A stretch of DNA of 64,000 bases. Source: an uncultured Acidobacteriota bacterium. GTDB lineage: Bacteria > Acidobacteriota > Thermoanaerobaculia > Multivoradales > UBA5704. Where the stretch lies: assembly GCA_963700145.1 (NCBI GenBank), contig OY969474.1:2240001-2304000 (forward strand). The letters are read 5' to 3'. Both the position numbers and the translations under genes were made by a program. Of this stretch, positions 12,788 through 22,031 are shown piece by piece; within the stretch, counting starts at the first letter, position 1; every line of letters starts with the position of its first letter. Below the pieces are notes generated by a model, which did no database searches, was not told where the DNA came from, and worked only from the letters and a program-made list of their open reading frames with translations.

Positions 12788-13423
12788 CTACCAGGCGACT
12801 CCCGGGCTCCGCCGCAGATACGCGTCGCTCGTCACCTGGTCGAGCATGAAGGCCGCGACGTCGGCGCGTGCGATCCGCACCGTCCAGAGCCAGTTGCCGA
12901 CCTTCGGCCCGTGCTTGTACTTCCCGCGCGCCGGGCGGTTCCTGAGCACGCCGGGGCGCACGATGACCCAGTCGAGGGCGCTGCCGCGGATCACGCGCTC
13001 CTGGCGGACCTTGTCGTAGAAGTAGAAGGGCAGGATGAAGACCCCGATGAAGAGCGTGTAGTAGAGGCCCATCCGCCCGAAGCTGTCGCCGACGCCGAGC
13101 GCGGTCTCGCAGACCAGCCGGCGCACCCCTTCCCGCTCCATCGCGCGGACCAGGTTGCGGGTCCCCTCGGAAAGGATGCGCGTCGGATAGAACCACCGCT
13201 TGTGCCCGAGGGCGGAGAGGACGGCGTCCTGCCCGCGCACGGCGGCCTCGACCGACGCCGGGTCCAGCACGTCGCCGCGCGTAACGGTCAGGCGCTCGTG
13301 CTGGACGTCGAGCTTGGCGGGCCGCCGCGCGAAGGCCGTCACCTCATGTCCCCGCTCCAGCGCCTGGCGCACCAGCTCGCGGCCCGTCCCGCCGGTCGCC
13401 CCGACGATCAGAAGCTTCGCCAT
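12788..13423 (-). CDS. NAD(P)-binding atypical SDR oxidoreductase
   Basis: GATGGTG Rossmann motif, LDWVIVRPG, IARADVA. Confidence 0.9.
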   Translation of the reverse strand: MAKLLIVGATGGTGRELVRQALERGHEVTAFARRPAKLDVQHERLTVTRGDVLDPASVEAAVRGQDAVLSALGHKRWFYPTRILSEGTRNLVRAMEREGVRRLVCETALGVGDSFGRMGLYYTLFIGVFILPFYFYDKVRQERVIRGSALDWVIVRPGVLRNRPARGKYKHGPKVGNWLWTVRIARADVAAFMLDQVTSDAYLRRSPGVAW

Positions 13424-13487
13424 TGAGAATGCCCTCGCAGCTCGTAGATTAGCCCGTTGATAGAGTCCGCGCGCGGATTTCCCCCTC

Positions 13488-14072
13488 GTGGACGAACCAT
13501 CGCCAGGCAGCGTCACGCGCTTCCTCGTCGCATGGCGCGGCGGAGACGAGCAAGCGCTCGAGCGGTTGCTGCCGCTGGTCTACGGCGAGCTGCGCCGGCT
13601 GGCCGGCCGCTACCTGAACCGGGAGCGGGAGGGCCACACCCTCGAGACCCACGACCTCATCCACGAAGCCTTCCTGCGCCTGGTCGACCAGCGGCAGGTG
13701 GACTGGCGCAATCGTGCCCATTTCTTCGCCATCGCCGCGCAAATGATGCGGCGCATCCTGGTCGATCACGCCCGCCGGCGCGGCTACCGCAAGCACGGCG
13801 GCGACGTGCGGCGGCTGATGCTCGACGACGTGCTCGACGTCGCCGCCGAGCGCGACATGGATCTGGTGGCGCTCGACGACGCGCTGACCGAGCTGGCCCG
13901 GGTCGACCCGGAGCTGGCGAAGGTCGTCGACCTGCGCTTTTTCGGCGGCCTCGACCACGACGAGATCGCCGTCGCGCTCGGCGTCTCCAATCCCACCGTC
14001 CGGCGGCGCTGGCGGGTGGCCAAGGCCTGGCTCTACCGCCGGCTCGCGGGCGAGGAGCCGGATGGCGACTGA
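13488..14072 (+). CDS. ECF sigma factor of the Ser/Thr-kinase-associated type
   Basis: LLPLVYGELRRLA, HTLETHDLIHEAFLRL, WRNRAHFFAIAAQMMRRILVDHAR; overlaps the kinase start. Confidence 0.92.
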   Translation: MDEPSPGSVTRFLVAWRGGDEQALERLLPLVYGELRRLAGRYLNREREGHTLETHDLIHEAFLRLVDQRQVDWRNRAHFFAIAAQMMRRILVDHARRRGYRKHGGDVRRLMLDDVLDVAAERDMDLVALDDALTELARVDPELAKVVDLRFFGGLDHDEIAVALGVSNPTVRRRWRVAKAWLYRRLAGEEPDGD

Positions 14073-16574
14073 GCGCTGGCGCGAGATCGAAGCGCTCTTC
14101 GCCGAGGTCGCGGCGCTGCCGGCCGCGGAGCGCACGCCCCACCTGACGCGCCGCTGCGGCGGCGACGAGGACCTGCGGCGGGAGGTCGAGTCCCTCCTCG
14201 CCGCCGACGCCGCGGCCGGCGACTTCCTCGAGCAGCCGGCGGTGCCGCCCGCCGACGTCTCGCCGCCGCCCTCGGCGGTCGGACGCCGGATCGGTCCCTA
14301 CGCCGTCGAGCGCCTCCTCGGCGCGGGCGGCATGAGCACCGTCTACCTCGCCGTGCGCGCCGACGAGGAGTACCGCCAGCAGGTCGCCATCAAGGTCTTC
14401 GGCTACGGCGCCGACCGCGCCGACTTGGTCGAGCGCTTCCGCGCCGAGCGGCAGATTCTGGCCTCCCTCGACCACCCCAACATCGCCCGCCTGCTCGACG
14501 GCGGCACCACCGAGGACGGGCTGCCGTACCTGGTCATGGAGTACGTCGAGGGCCTCCCCATCGACCGCTACTGCGACGAGCGCGGCCTAGGCCTCGACGC
14601 GCGCATCGACCTCTTCCGCCAGGTCTGCGCGGCGGTGCAGTACGCGCACCAGAAACCTGGTGGTCCATCGCGACATCAAGCCGTCGAACATTCTGGTGAC
14701 CGCCGACGGCGTGCCGCATCTCCTCGACTTCGGGATCGCCAAGCTCCTGGCCGGCAGCTCCCTGCCGCCGGCGGCCGCGGCCACGACGACTGGCCAGCGG
14801 CTGATGACGCCGCACTACGCGAGCCCCGAGCAGGTCGAAGGCCGGCCGGTCAACACCGCGAGCGACGTCTACTCCCTGGGCGTCCTGCTCTACGTGCTGC
14901 TGACCGGCCGCCTGCCCTACCGCTTGGAGGCCGAGCGCGTGGACGCGGTCGAGCGCGCGGTCGTCGAGCAGGAGCCGGAGCGGCCGAGCGCGGCGGTCGC
15001 CGCGCGGACGCTCGCCCGCCGGCTCGCCGGCGACCTCGACAACATCGTGCTGACGGCGCTGCGCAAGGAGCCGGCGCGGCGCTACGCCTCGGTCGAGCTG
15101 CTGGCCGAGGACCTGCGGCGCCACCGCACGGGCCTGCCGGTCCTGGCGCGCCCGGCGACCGTCGGCTACCGGGTGGGCAAGTTCGTGGGCCGCCATCGCC
15201 TGGGGGTCGGCGCCGGTTCTGGACCGGGGCGCGGCCCAGATCACCAACGAGCTCGCGGAGCAGCCGGACGTTCAGGCGGCGCTCGCCGTCACCATTGCCC
15301 GGGCCTACGGCGGCCTCGGCCTCTACGATCGCGCCCAGCCCCTCCTCGAGCGCTCGCTCGCCTTGCGGCGCCGGGTCTTCGGCGCCGCGCACCCGGAGGT
15401 GGCCGAGACGCTCCACGAGCTCGGCGTCCTGCATTGGGCGCGCGGCGAGCTGGACCTCGCCGAGGCCACCCTCCGCCAGGCGCTCGCGATGCGCCGGGCG
15501 CTTCTGGACGCCAGCGACCCCGCGGTGGCCGAAACTCTCAACGCGCTGGGCTTGGTGCTCGTCTTCAAGGCGCGGTTCGACGCCGCCGAGCCGTTGCTCC
15601 GCGAAGCCCTCGCCCTCAATCGCGCGCGGTACGGCGACGACCATGAGGAGGTGGGGAGCAACCTGGTCAATCTCGGCCTCCTGACGAAGCAAAAGGGAGA
15701 CCTCGCCGCGGCCGAAGCCCTCTACCGCGAGGGCCTGGCGATCTTCCGCCGGCTCTTGGGCGGGGCACACCCCCAGGTCGTCATCCAGCTCAACAACCTG
15801 GCGGTGCTGCAATACGAGCGCGGGGACTACGCCGCCGCCGAGGCGAGCTACCGCGAGATGCTGCCCGTGGCGCATCGAGTCTACGGCCGGGAGCACCCCC
15901 AGGTCGCCCTCTACCTCCACAACCTCGCGGCCGTGCTCTCCTGGCGCGGCAAGAACGACGAGGCCGAGCGCCTGGAGCGCGAGTCGCTGGCGATGCGGCG
16001 CAAGCTCCTGGGCGGTGAGCACGAGCAGGTCGGGATGGGCCTCAACATGCTCGCCAAGATCCTGGAGGAGAAGGGCGAGCTCGGCCGCAGCCGGCCGATC
16101 TACGAAGAGTCGCTGCGCATCCAACGCCAGGCCCTCGGCGAGGAGCATCCGCGAGTGGCTGCCGTGCTGGCCAATCTCGCCGGCCTGCTCGCCCAGCAGG
16201 GAGATCCCGCGGCCGCCGAGCCCCTGGCCCGACAGGCCCTCGCCATCCGCCGCCGGGCGCTCGGCGAGGCGCACCCGGACGTCGGGTCCTCGCTCGCGCT
16301 GGTCGGATCGCTCCGGCTCGCCCGCGGCGCACCGGCGGAGGCTGAGCCCCTGCTGCGCCAGGGCCTGGGAGTGCTCCGGGCGGCGCTCTCGGACTCCCAC
16401 TGGCGGACCGCCGAGGCGCAGAGCCTGCTCGGGGAGTGCCTGGCGGCGCGAGGGAAGACGGCGGAGGCCGAGCGGCTCATGACCGCCGGCTACGAGACCC
16501 TGGTGAAGACCCGGGGAGTGGAAAACCCCAAGACCGTGGCCGCGCGTCAACGGCTCGCCAAGCTGAACGGTTGA
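14062..16574 (+). pseudogene. Ser/Thr protein kinase with C-terminal TPR repeats, disrupted twice
   Basis: GAGGMSTV, VAIK, HRDIKPSN, DFGIAK, YASPEQ and many LG..HP TPR repeats, spread over three frames. +1 A at ~14653 and a frame-changing junction at ~15215. Confidence 0.85.
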
Positions 16575-16622
16575 TCACTTTCGCCGCGGTTTCCCGCGTT
16601 AGGGGCGAAAGGAGACCGATCC

Positions 16623-16679
16623 ATGAAGACCAAGACCCACGTCAAGGCCGGCGGTATCACGGCGTCCGGCGCCGACTAG
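16623..16679 (+). CDS. peptide precursor MKTKTHVKAGG-ITASGAD
   Basis: Manual translation; AAAGGAGA RBS at 16608-16615; leader paralogous to the four minus-strand peptides. Confidence 0.85.
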   Translation: MKTKTHVKAGGITASGAD

Positions 16680-16755
16680 GCTCCCGAGAGCCGGCAGGAA
16701 GGTTTCGAGGAGGGGCGGAGGCGCGCTCGCGCCGCCGCGCTCGCCCATCGGACAG

Positions 16756-16806
16756 TCAGTCGGTGAGCAGCCTGCCGCCGGCCTTGACGGTCGTCTTGAC
16801 ACGCAT
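16756..16806 (-). CDS. peptide precursor MRVKTTVKAGG-RLLTD
   Basis: Manual translation; GGGAGGTGAT Shine-Dalgarno. Confidence 0.88.
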   Translation of the reverse strand: MRVKTTVKAGGRLLTD

Positions 16807-16855
16807 CGCGATCACCTCCCTTCGCTTGGATTCCAGGCAGCGTTCCGCCGCCGGG

Positions 16856-16906
16856 TCAGTCGCTGAGCAGCACGCCTCCGGCCTTGACGGTCGTCTTGAC
16901 ACGCAT
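16856..16906 (-). CDS. peptide precursor MRVKTTVKAGG-VLLSD
   Basis: Manual translation; GGGAGGTGAT Shine-Dalgarno. Confidence 0.88.
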   Translation of the reverse strand: MRVKTTVKAGGVLLSD

Positions 16907-16958
16907 CGTGATCACCTCCCTTCGCCAGGTTTTTCCTCACAACGTCTTTCGCCGCGGA

Positions 16959-17009
16959 TCAGTCGCCGAAGATGATGCCTCCGGCCTTGACGGTCGTCTT
17001 GACACGCAT
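16959..17009 (-). CDS. peptide precursor MRVKTTVKAGG-IIFGD
   Basis: Manual translation; GGGAGGT Shine-Dalgarno. Confidence 0.88.
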   Translation of the reverse strand: MRVKTTVKAGGIIFGD

Positions 17010-17058
17010 CGCATTTACCTCCCTTCGCAAGGACTCCAGGCAGCGTTTCGCCGCCGGA

Positions 17059-17109
17059 TCAGTCGCCGATGAGCACGCCTCCGGCCTTGACGGTCGTCTT
17101 GACACGCAT
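17059..17109 (-). CDS. peptide precursor MRVKTTVKAGG-VLIGD
   Basis: Manual translation; GGGAGGTGAT Shine-Dalgarno. Confidence 0.88.
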   Translation of the reverse strand: MRVKTTVKAGGVLIGD

Positions 17110-17191
17110 CGCGGATCACCTCCCCTCCGCCCAGATTTTTCGATCGCTGATCCCTGAGTCCCCGCGGGACCGGAATCCGTTCAATCCGGCC

Positions 17192-19321
17192 CTACGGGTG
17201 GGCGATGACGAGGAGCGTCGGCGCGCGCCGCAGGACGCAGGAGAGCGCCTGCCGCAGGCTCTCCGGGTCGAGGGCGGCGAAGCTCTCGTCGAGGACGACC
17301 AGCTCGGCCTTCTGGAGCAGCGCGCGGGCGATGTAGAGCCGGCTCTTCTCGCCGTGCGAGAGCTGCCAGCCCGACTCGCCGACCATCTGCAGCAGGCCGG
17401 CGGGCATGCGGTCGAGGACGTCGCCGAGCCCCAGCTCGCGGCAGACCGCCTCGGCCTCCTCGACGTCGCCCGGCCGCGGCGGCCAAGCGCGGCCCATCAG
17501 CAGGTTGAAGGCGAAGGTGTCGGTCAGGACGTGGTTCTCCTGGAACTGCGGCGCCGCCACCGCCCGCCGCCGCCACCCCTCGGCGCCGAGCGAGTGCCGG
17601 TCCAGGCCGTCGAGCAGCAGCAGCCCCGACTGCGGCAGGCGCAGGCCGGTGAGCAGCGCGGCGAGCGTCGATTTGCCGCCGCCCGAAGGCCCTTCGAGCA
17701 GCAGCCGCTCGCCCTGCCGCACCGCCAGCGAGGCGCCGGCAACGGCGAGGTCGGCGCGCTCGCCGTAGCGGAAGCCGAGGTCGTGCGCCTCGAGGACGAC
17801 CCGCGAGCCGCCGGCGCCTGCCTGCGCCATCGGGATCAAGGCCGCTCCCGGCGCCGACGCCTCGGAGCGCGCGGCGGCGCGGAAGATCGGCGCCACCTGG
17901 TCCCACGCCACCGCCGCCTCCGACAGGTCGGCCAGCCCGCGGACCATCTTCCACAGCGCCCAGTACGCGAAGAGGGCGCCGCCCAAGGCGACGGCGAGGC
18001 TCCCCGACGACGCCGTGCCGGCGACGAACGGCCGGGCGAGCGCGAGGAGGCTCACCAGCAGCCAGCCGCGCGGCACCAGCACCCGCAGCAGCGCCGCCCG
18101 CCGGTCGAGTTCCGCCGAGAGGTCGAGGTAGCGCTCCAGCTCGCCGTCCTCGCGCTCGTGCCAGCGCTCGGCGCTCTGCTGCGCCAGGCGCGTGCGGTGC
18201 CCGACCATCTGCTCGACCAGGTCGTGCGTCATCTCCAGCCGGGCCGCGGTCCAGACGCGCCTTTGCTCGAGGTACCGCCAGCCGAGCCAGAGCGCGAAGG
18301 CGACCCAGGCGAGGAGCGAGAGGGCGTGCGGCCAGCCCCCGGCGCCGGCGGCGAGGACCGGCAGCGCGAGGAGGACCTCGGCGAAGGTGATCACGCCGAC
18401 GTGCGCCCCGGTCAGCGCCAGGAACTCCAGGGCCTCGGCGTTCAGGATGCGGCCGAGGAGCTGGCCGGCGCCCTGGTGGCGCGTCTCCTCGGGCGCCATG
18501 CGCAGGGCGCCCACCAGCAACCGGCGCTTGAAGAGCCGCCCGGCGCGCGCCATCAGCACGCCCGCCGACCAGAGCTCCAGGGCGCGGAACGGGATGACGG
18601 TCAGCTGCAGCAGCACCCAGGCGGTGACCCAGGCGGGATCGAGCCGCCCCCGGAGGACGCCGAGGCCTAGCACCCACCACGACAGGAGGAGCAGCGCGTG
18701 CTGCGCCATGTGCGCGCCGACCAGGACGGCGGCGCGCCCCGGCAGCCCTGCCCGCCGCGCCGCCGCCCAGAAGCTGCCGCCGGGCGGCAGGTCGAGGAGC
18801 CAACAGCCGCCGATCCGCCGCTCGGCGAGCCGCTCGGCGAGGAGCGCCTCGCGCGCCCGCTCCCGCCGGCGCGGCGGCACCGCCGCCTCGTCGAGCAGGC
18901 GGTCCACCTCGGGGCCGAGGCCGGCGTCGAGATCGCCGCGCAGCGCATCGCGCAGCGCGGCCACCGAGACCCGCCGCGGGCGATGATCGCGGCCGAGCAC
19001 GCGGACCTGCCGGCGGCCGCCGGCGAGGAGGGCGAGGAAGCCGCCCGCGGCCCCCGGCAGGCGGAGCAGCGCCGGCGCGGCGTGGCCGACCAGCGCCGCT
19101 ACCTCGCCGTAGGCGGCCTCGACGGGCTCGGCCTCGAGCCCCATCGCCGCCGCCGCGGCGCCGATCCAGCGGTCCAGCTCCTCGACCGAGACCTCCGGGG
19201 GCGGCTCCGGCAGGTCGAGCTTGCCGGGTGCGAGCCCGGCGGCGCGGGCCAGGGCGGAGAGCGCCTCGCCGAGCCGATCGGCCGGCCAGACGAGCGCGTC
19301 GAGGTCGGGCCGCGCCTTCAC
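17192..19321 (-). CDS. ABC exporter subunit (TMD+NBD) with degenerate peptidase-like N-terminus
   Basis: GTG at 19321 overlaps the upstream stop; GPSGGGKST, LSHGEKSR, VVLDESF, IAHP. Confidence 0.9.
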   Translation of the reverse strand: MKARPDLDALVWPADRLGEALSALARAAGLAPGKLDLPEPPPEVSVEELDRWIGAAAAAMGLEAEPVEAAYGEVAALVGHAAPALLRLPGAAGGFLALLAGGRRQVRVLGRDHRPRRVSVAALRDALRGDLDAGLGPEVDRLLDEAAVPPRRRERAREALLAERLAERRIGGCWLLDLPPGGSFWAAARRAGLPGRAAVLVGAHMAQHALLLLSWWVLGLGVLRGRLDPAWVTAWVLLQLTVIPFRALELWSAGVLMARAGRLFKRRLLVGALRMAPEETRHQGAGQLLGRILNAEALEFLALTGAHVGVITFAEVLLALPVLAAGAGGWPHALSLLAWVAFALWLGWRYLEQRRVWTAARLEMTHDLVEQMVGHRTRLAQQSAERWHEREDGELERYLDLSAELDRRAALLRVLVPRGWLLVSLLALARPFVAGTASSGSLAVALGGALFAYWALWKMVRGLADLSEAAVAWDQVAPIFRAAARSEASAPGAALIPMAQAGAGGSRVVLEAHDLGFRYGERADLAVAGASLAVRQGERLLLEGPSGGGKSTLAALLTGLRLPQSGLLLLDGLDRHSLGAEGWRRRAVAAPQFQENHVLTDTFAFNLLMGRAWPPRPGDVEEAEAVCRELGLGDVLDRMPAGLLQMVGESGWQLSHGEKSRLYIARALLQKAELVVLDESFAALDPESLRQALSCVLRRAPTLLVIAHP

Positions 19322-22023
19322 CCTTCCTCCGCCTCGGTCAAGCGGCCGCGCTCCATCCGCAGCCGCCGCCAGACCGTGCTCTGCCAGAGCCCCGACCGCA
19401 CGTCGCCTTCGGCGGCCAGGAGCGCGGCGTAGCGCGACCCCGGTTGCGCGGCGAGGCGCTCGGGCGGGCCGTCCTCGACGATGCGGCCGTTCTCGACGAC
19501 GAGGGCGCGCGCGAAGCCCAGCGTCTCGCCGACGTCGTGGGTGACGCAGAGCAGCGTCGCGCCCTGCCAGAGACGGCGGGCCCGCGCCAGCAGCTCGCGC
19601 CGCTGCTCGCGGTCGAGACCGCGGAACGGCTCGTCGAGAAGGACCAGGCGCACCCCGGGCCGCAGCAGCGCGCGCGCCAGGCGCACTCGCTGGCCCTCGC
19701 CGCCGGAGACCAGGCCGCCGCCTTCGCCGAGCGGCGTCTGCAGGCCCTCCGGCAGCTTGCGCAGCACGGCCACCAGGTCGGCGGCGCCGATCGCCTGGTC
19801 GAGCGGCAGGCCGAGGCCCTCTGCCGCGCCGTAGCGGAGGTTTTCGAGCAGCGGCCGGTTCCAGAGCTGCACCGCCGGATCGACCCAGGCGGTCTCGCGG
19901 CGCAGCGCCTGCAGCCGCTCGCCGCCGAGCGGCTCGCCGTCCACCAGCACGCGGCCCGCGGCCGGCCGGTGCCAGCCGAGGAGAGTCCCGAGGAGGCTCG
20001 ACTTGCCGGCGCCGGAGGGGCCGACGATGGCGACGTGCTCGCCGGGCGCGATCGCGGCGCCGATGCCGGCGAGGATCGTGTGCCCGCCGGCGCGCACGCC
20101 GACGTCCTCCCAGACGATGCCGGCGGCGGGCGCGGGCGACGACGTCAGAGAAGACGGCGCGGCGGCGTGCGGTCCGGCCTCCTCGGCCTCCTCCGGCGCG
20201 CCGAGCGGCTCGAGCAGGCGCAGGGCGACGTTGCGGTGCGAGGGGTACTGGGTGGCGATCGCCAGGATCAGCATCTGCCCGAGGCTCAGGACCTTGAGCC
20301 CCCAGTAGACGAGCAGCAGGATGCCGCCGTCGAGCCCGCGGCGGGCGAGGTGATCGACGAGCAGGACGATCACCATCGAGACCATGGCGATCTGCACCGC
20401 CGTGTCCGCCGCCACCTCGGCGCGGCGCAGGTGGAGGTAAGAGCGCCCCCACTCGACGAGCAGCCCCTCGTGCTGCCGCCGCACCGCCGTCTGCGCGCCG
20501 TGGGTGCGGATCGGGAAGAGGCCGAGGAGCGCGTCGAGGTAGAAGCGCGACAGTGCGCCGGCGTGGTTGCGCACCCGCAGGTCCCACTCCTCGAGCCGCG
20601 GCAGCAGCACGAGCGGCACGCCGACCGCCAGCGCCGCAGCGACGGCGACGACCAGGAGGCTCCCCGGGTCGAGCCAGACGATGCCGGCCAGGGTGAAGAG
20701 CAGCTCGCAGGCGGTGCGCACGAACCACTCGCCGAGGTCGGGCACCAGGCGGAGGCGGTGGACGCCGTGGCTGCGGTCGGCCATGTCGGAGGTCAGGCGG
20801 CTCTGGAAGTAGCGGTCGCCCAAGCGCGGCACCTTGCGCAGGAAGGCCATCCGCAGCCGCGCCTCGAGGTGCCGCCCCAGACGCTGCGCGCCGCGCACGA
20901 TCGGCAGGTCGAGGAGGAGGAAGAGGGCGACGACGGCGAACAGCATGCCGAGCGCCGCGGCCCGCTGGGCGCCGAGCCCAAGCGCCCGCGGCAGGTCGAA
21001 GAAGGCGCGGAAGAGGAGCGCCTCGACGACGACCCCGAGGCCGGCGACCAGCAGCGCCAGCGCCAGCGCGCCCGGCGCGAAGCGGCCGCCGGCGGCGAGC
21101 AGGCGGAGCAGCTCGCGGCCCGGCCGCGCCGGCGGCTCGGCGAGGGCGGCCGCCAGCTCGGGCGAGAGCGGGCTCGGCGCGGCGGCTGCGGCATCGGACT
21201 CCGGTCCGCGGCGGCCGCGGACGCGCACCAGGACGGCGCCGCGCAAGAGCACCTGCTCCTCGCCGTCCGCGCCCGGCGGGCCGGGCCGCACGGACCACCA
21301 GGCCTCGGGCACGGCCTCTGTCGCCGTCTCTCCACCGTCGCGGCAGCGAGCGAGCAGTGAGCGCAGCAGTCGCCCGGCCTCGCCGCCTTTGGCGAGCCCG
21401 CCCGCGGCGACGAGTGAACGGGTCATGCGCACGCAAGCGTCGAGCGCGGCGAGCGCGCGCCAGCCGGGATCGGCCAGTGCCGCCGCCAGCAGCTCGCCGG
21501 CCTCGGCGTCCGAGATGCCGAGCTCGCCCAGGAACGCCCGCTGAACGTCGAGGAAGTCGGCCGAGCCGGCCCATTCGCGGAAGGCCGCCGCCGGCACCGC
21601 CTGCCGGTGGCGGTAGAGCTCGCCGAGGAGCCGGCGCGCCGTCGTCCAACGGCGCCCGGTGGCCGGGTCCATCACCTGGACGAGCGGGCCGTGGCGGCGC
21701 CAGACGACGATGAAGTGGGTCAGCCCGCTCGGGTGGCGGACGACGACGATCGCCGGCAGGTTGTGCGCCGCCGGCGCCAGCAGGTGGTCCGCCGGCACCA
21801 CGACCTGCTCGGCCTCCAGGCCGAGCTGCGCCGCGACCTCCTCCATGGTGTCGATCGAGGTGCCGTCGAGATCGATCTGGCAGGCCTCGCGCAGGCGGCC
21901 GTAGCTCACCGGGATGGCGAAGCCTTCGAGCAGCGACTTGAGGGTCGCCGGCCCGCAGTCCATGGCCGAGGTCTGGACGACCTCGGGGGCGAGGAAGGAG
22001 CGGCGGTCCGGCGGGCGGGACAT
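19318..22023 (-). CDS. peptidase-containing ABC transporter (C39 domain + TMD + NBD)
   Basis: QTSAMDCGPA (catalytic Cys), HFIVV, VMDPA; GPSGAGKSS, VSGGEGQR, LLDEP; ATG at 22023. Confidence 0.93.
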   Translation of the reverse strand: MSRPPDRRSFLAPEVVQTSAMDCGPATLKSLLEGFAIPVSYGRLREACQIDLDGTSIDTMEEVAAQLGLEAEQVVVPADHLLAPAAHNLPAIVVVRHPSGLTHFIVVWRRHGPLVQVMDPATGRRWTTARRLLGELYRHRQAVPAAAFREWAGSADFLDVQRAFLGELGISDAEAGELLAAALADPGWRALAALDACVRMTRSLVAAGGLAKGGEAGRLLRSLLARCRDGGETATEAVPEAWWSVRPGPPGADGEEQVLLRGAVLVRVRGRRGPESDAAAAAPSPLSPELAAALAEPPARPGRELLRLLAAGGRFAPGALALALLVAGLGVVVEALLFRAFFDLPRALGLGAQRAAALGMLFAVVALFLLLDLPIVRGAQRLGRHLEARLRMAFLRKVPRLGDRYFQSRLTSDMADRSHGVHRLRLVPDLGEWFVRTACELLFTLAGIVWLDPGSLLVVAVAAALAVGVPLVLLPRLEEWDLRVRNHAGALSRFYLDALLGLFPIRTHGAQTAVRRQHEGLLVEWGRSYLHLRRAEVAADTAVQIAMVSMVIVLLVDHLARRGLDGGILLLVYWGLKVLSLGQMLILAIATQYPSHRNVALRLLEPLGAPEEAEEAGPHAAAPSSLTSSPAPAAGIVWEDVGVRAGGHTILAGIGAAIAPGEHVAIVGPSGAGKSSLLGTLLGWHRPAAGRVLVDGEPLGGERLQALRRETAWVDPAVQLWNRPLLENLRYGAAEGLGLPLDQAIGAADLVAVLRKLPEGLQTPLGEGGGLVSGGEGQRVRLARALLRPGVRLVLLDEPFRGLDREQRRELLARARRLWQGATLLCVTHDVGETLGFARALVVENGRIVEDGPPERLAAQPGSRYAALLAAEGDVRSGLWQSTVWRRLRMERGRLTEAEEG

Positions 22024-22031
22024 GCGGGCGG

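Noticed and set aside
16750-17125. CRISPR array (conserved ~31-bp block every ~100 bp)
   Set aside because: The conserved block is the peptide leader coding sequence with SD and stop; the spacers resemble each other; no cas genes are present.
16599-17157. Track ORFs with PPALTVVLTRI repeats
   Set aside because: The plus-strand ones are antisense shadows of the peptide genes and the rest are off-frame.
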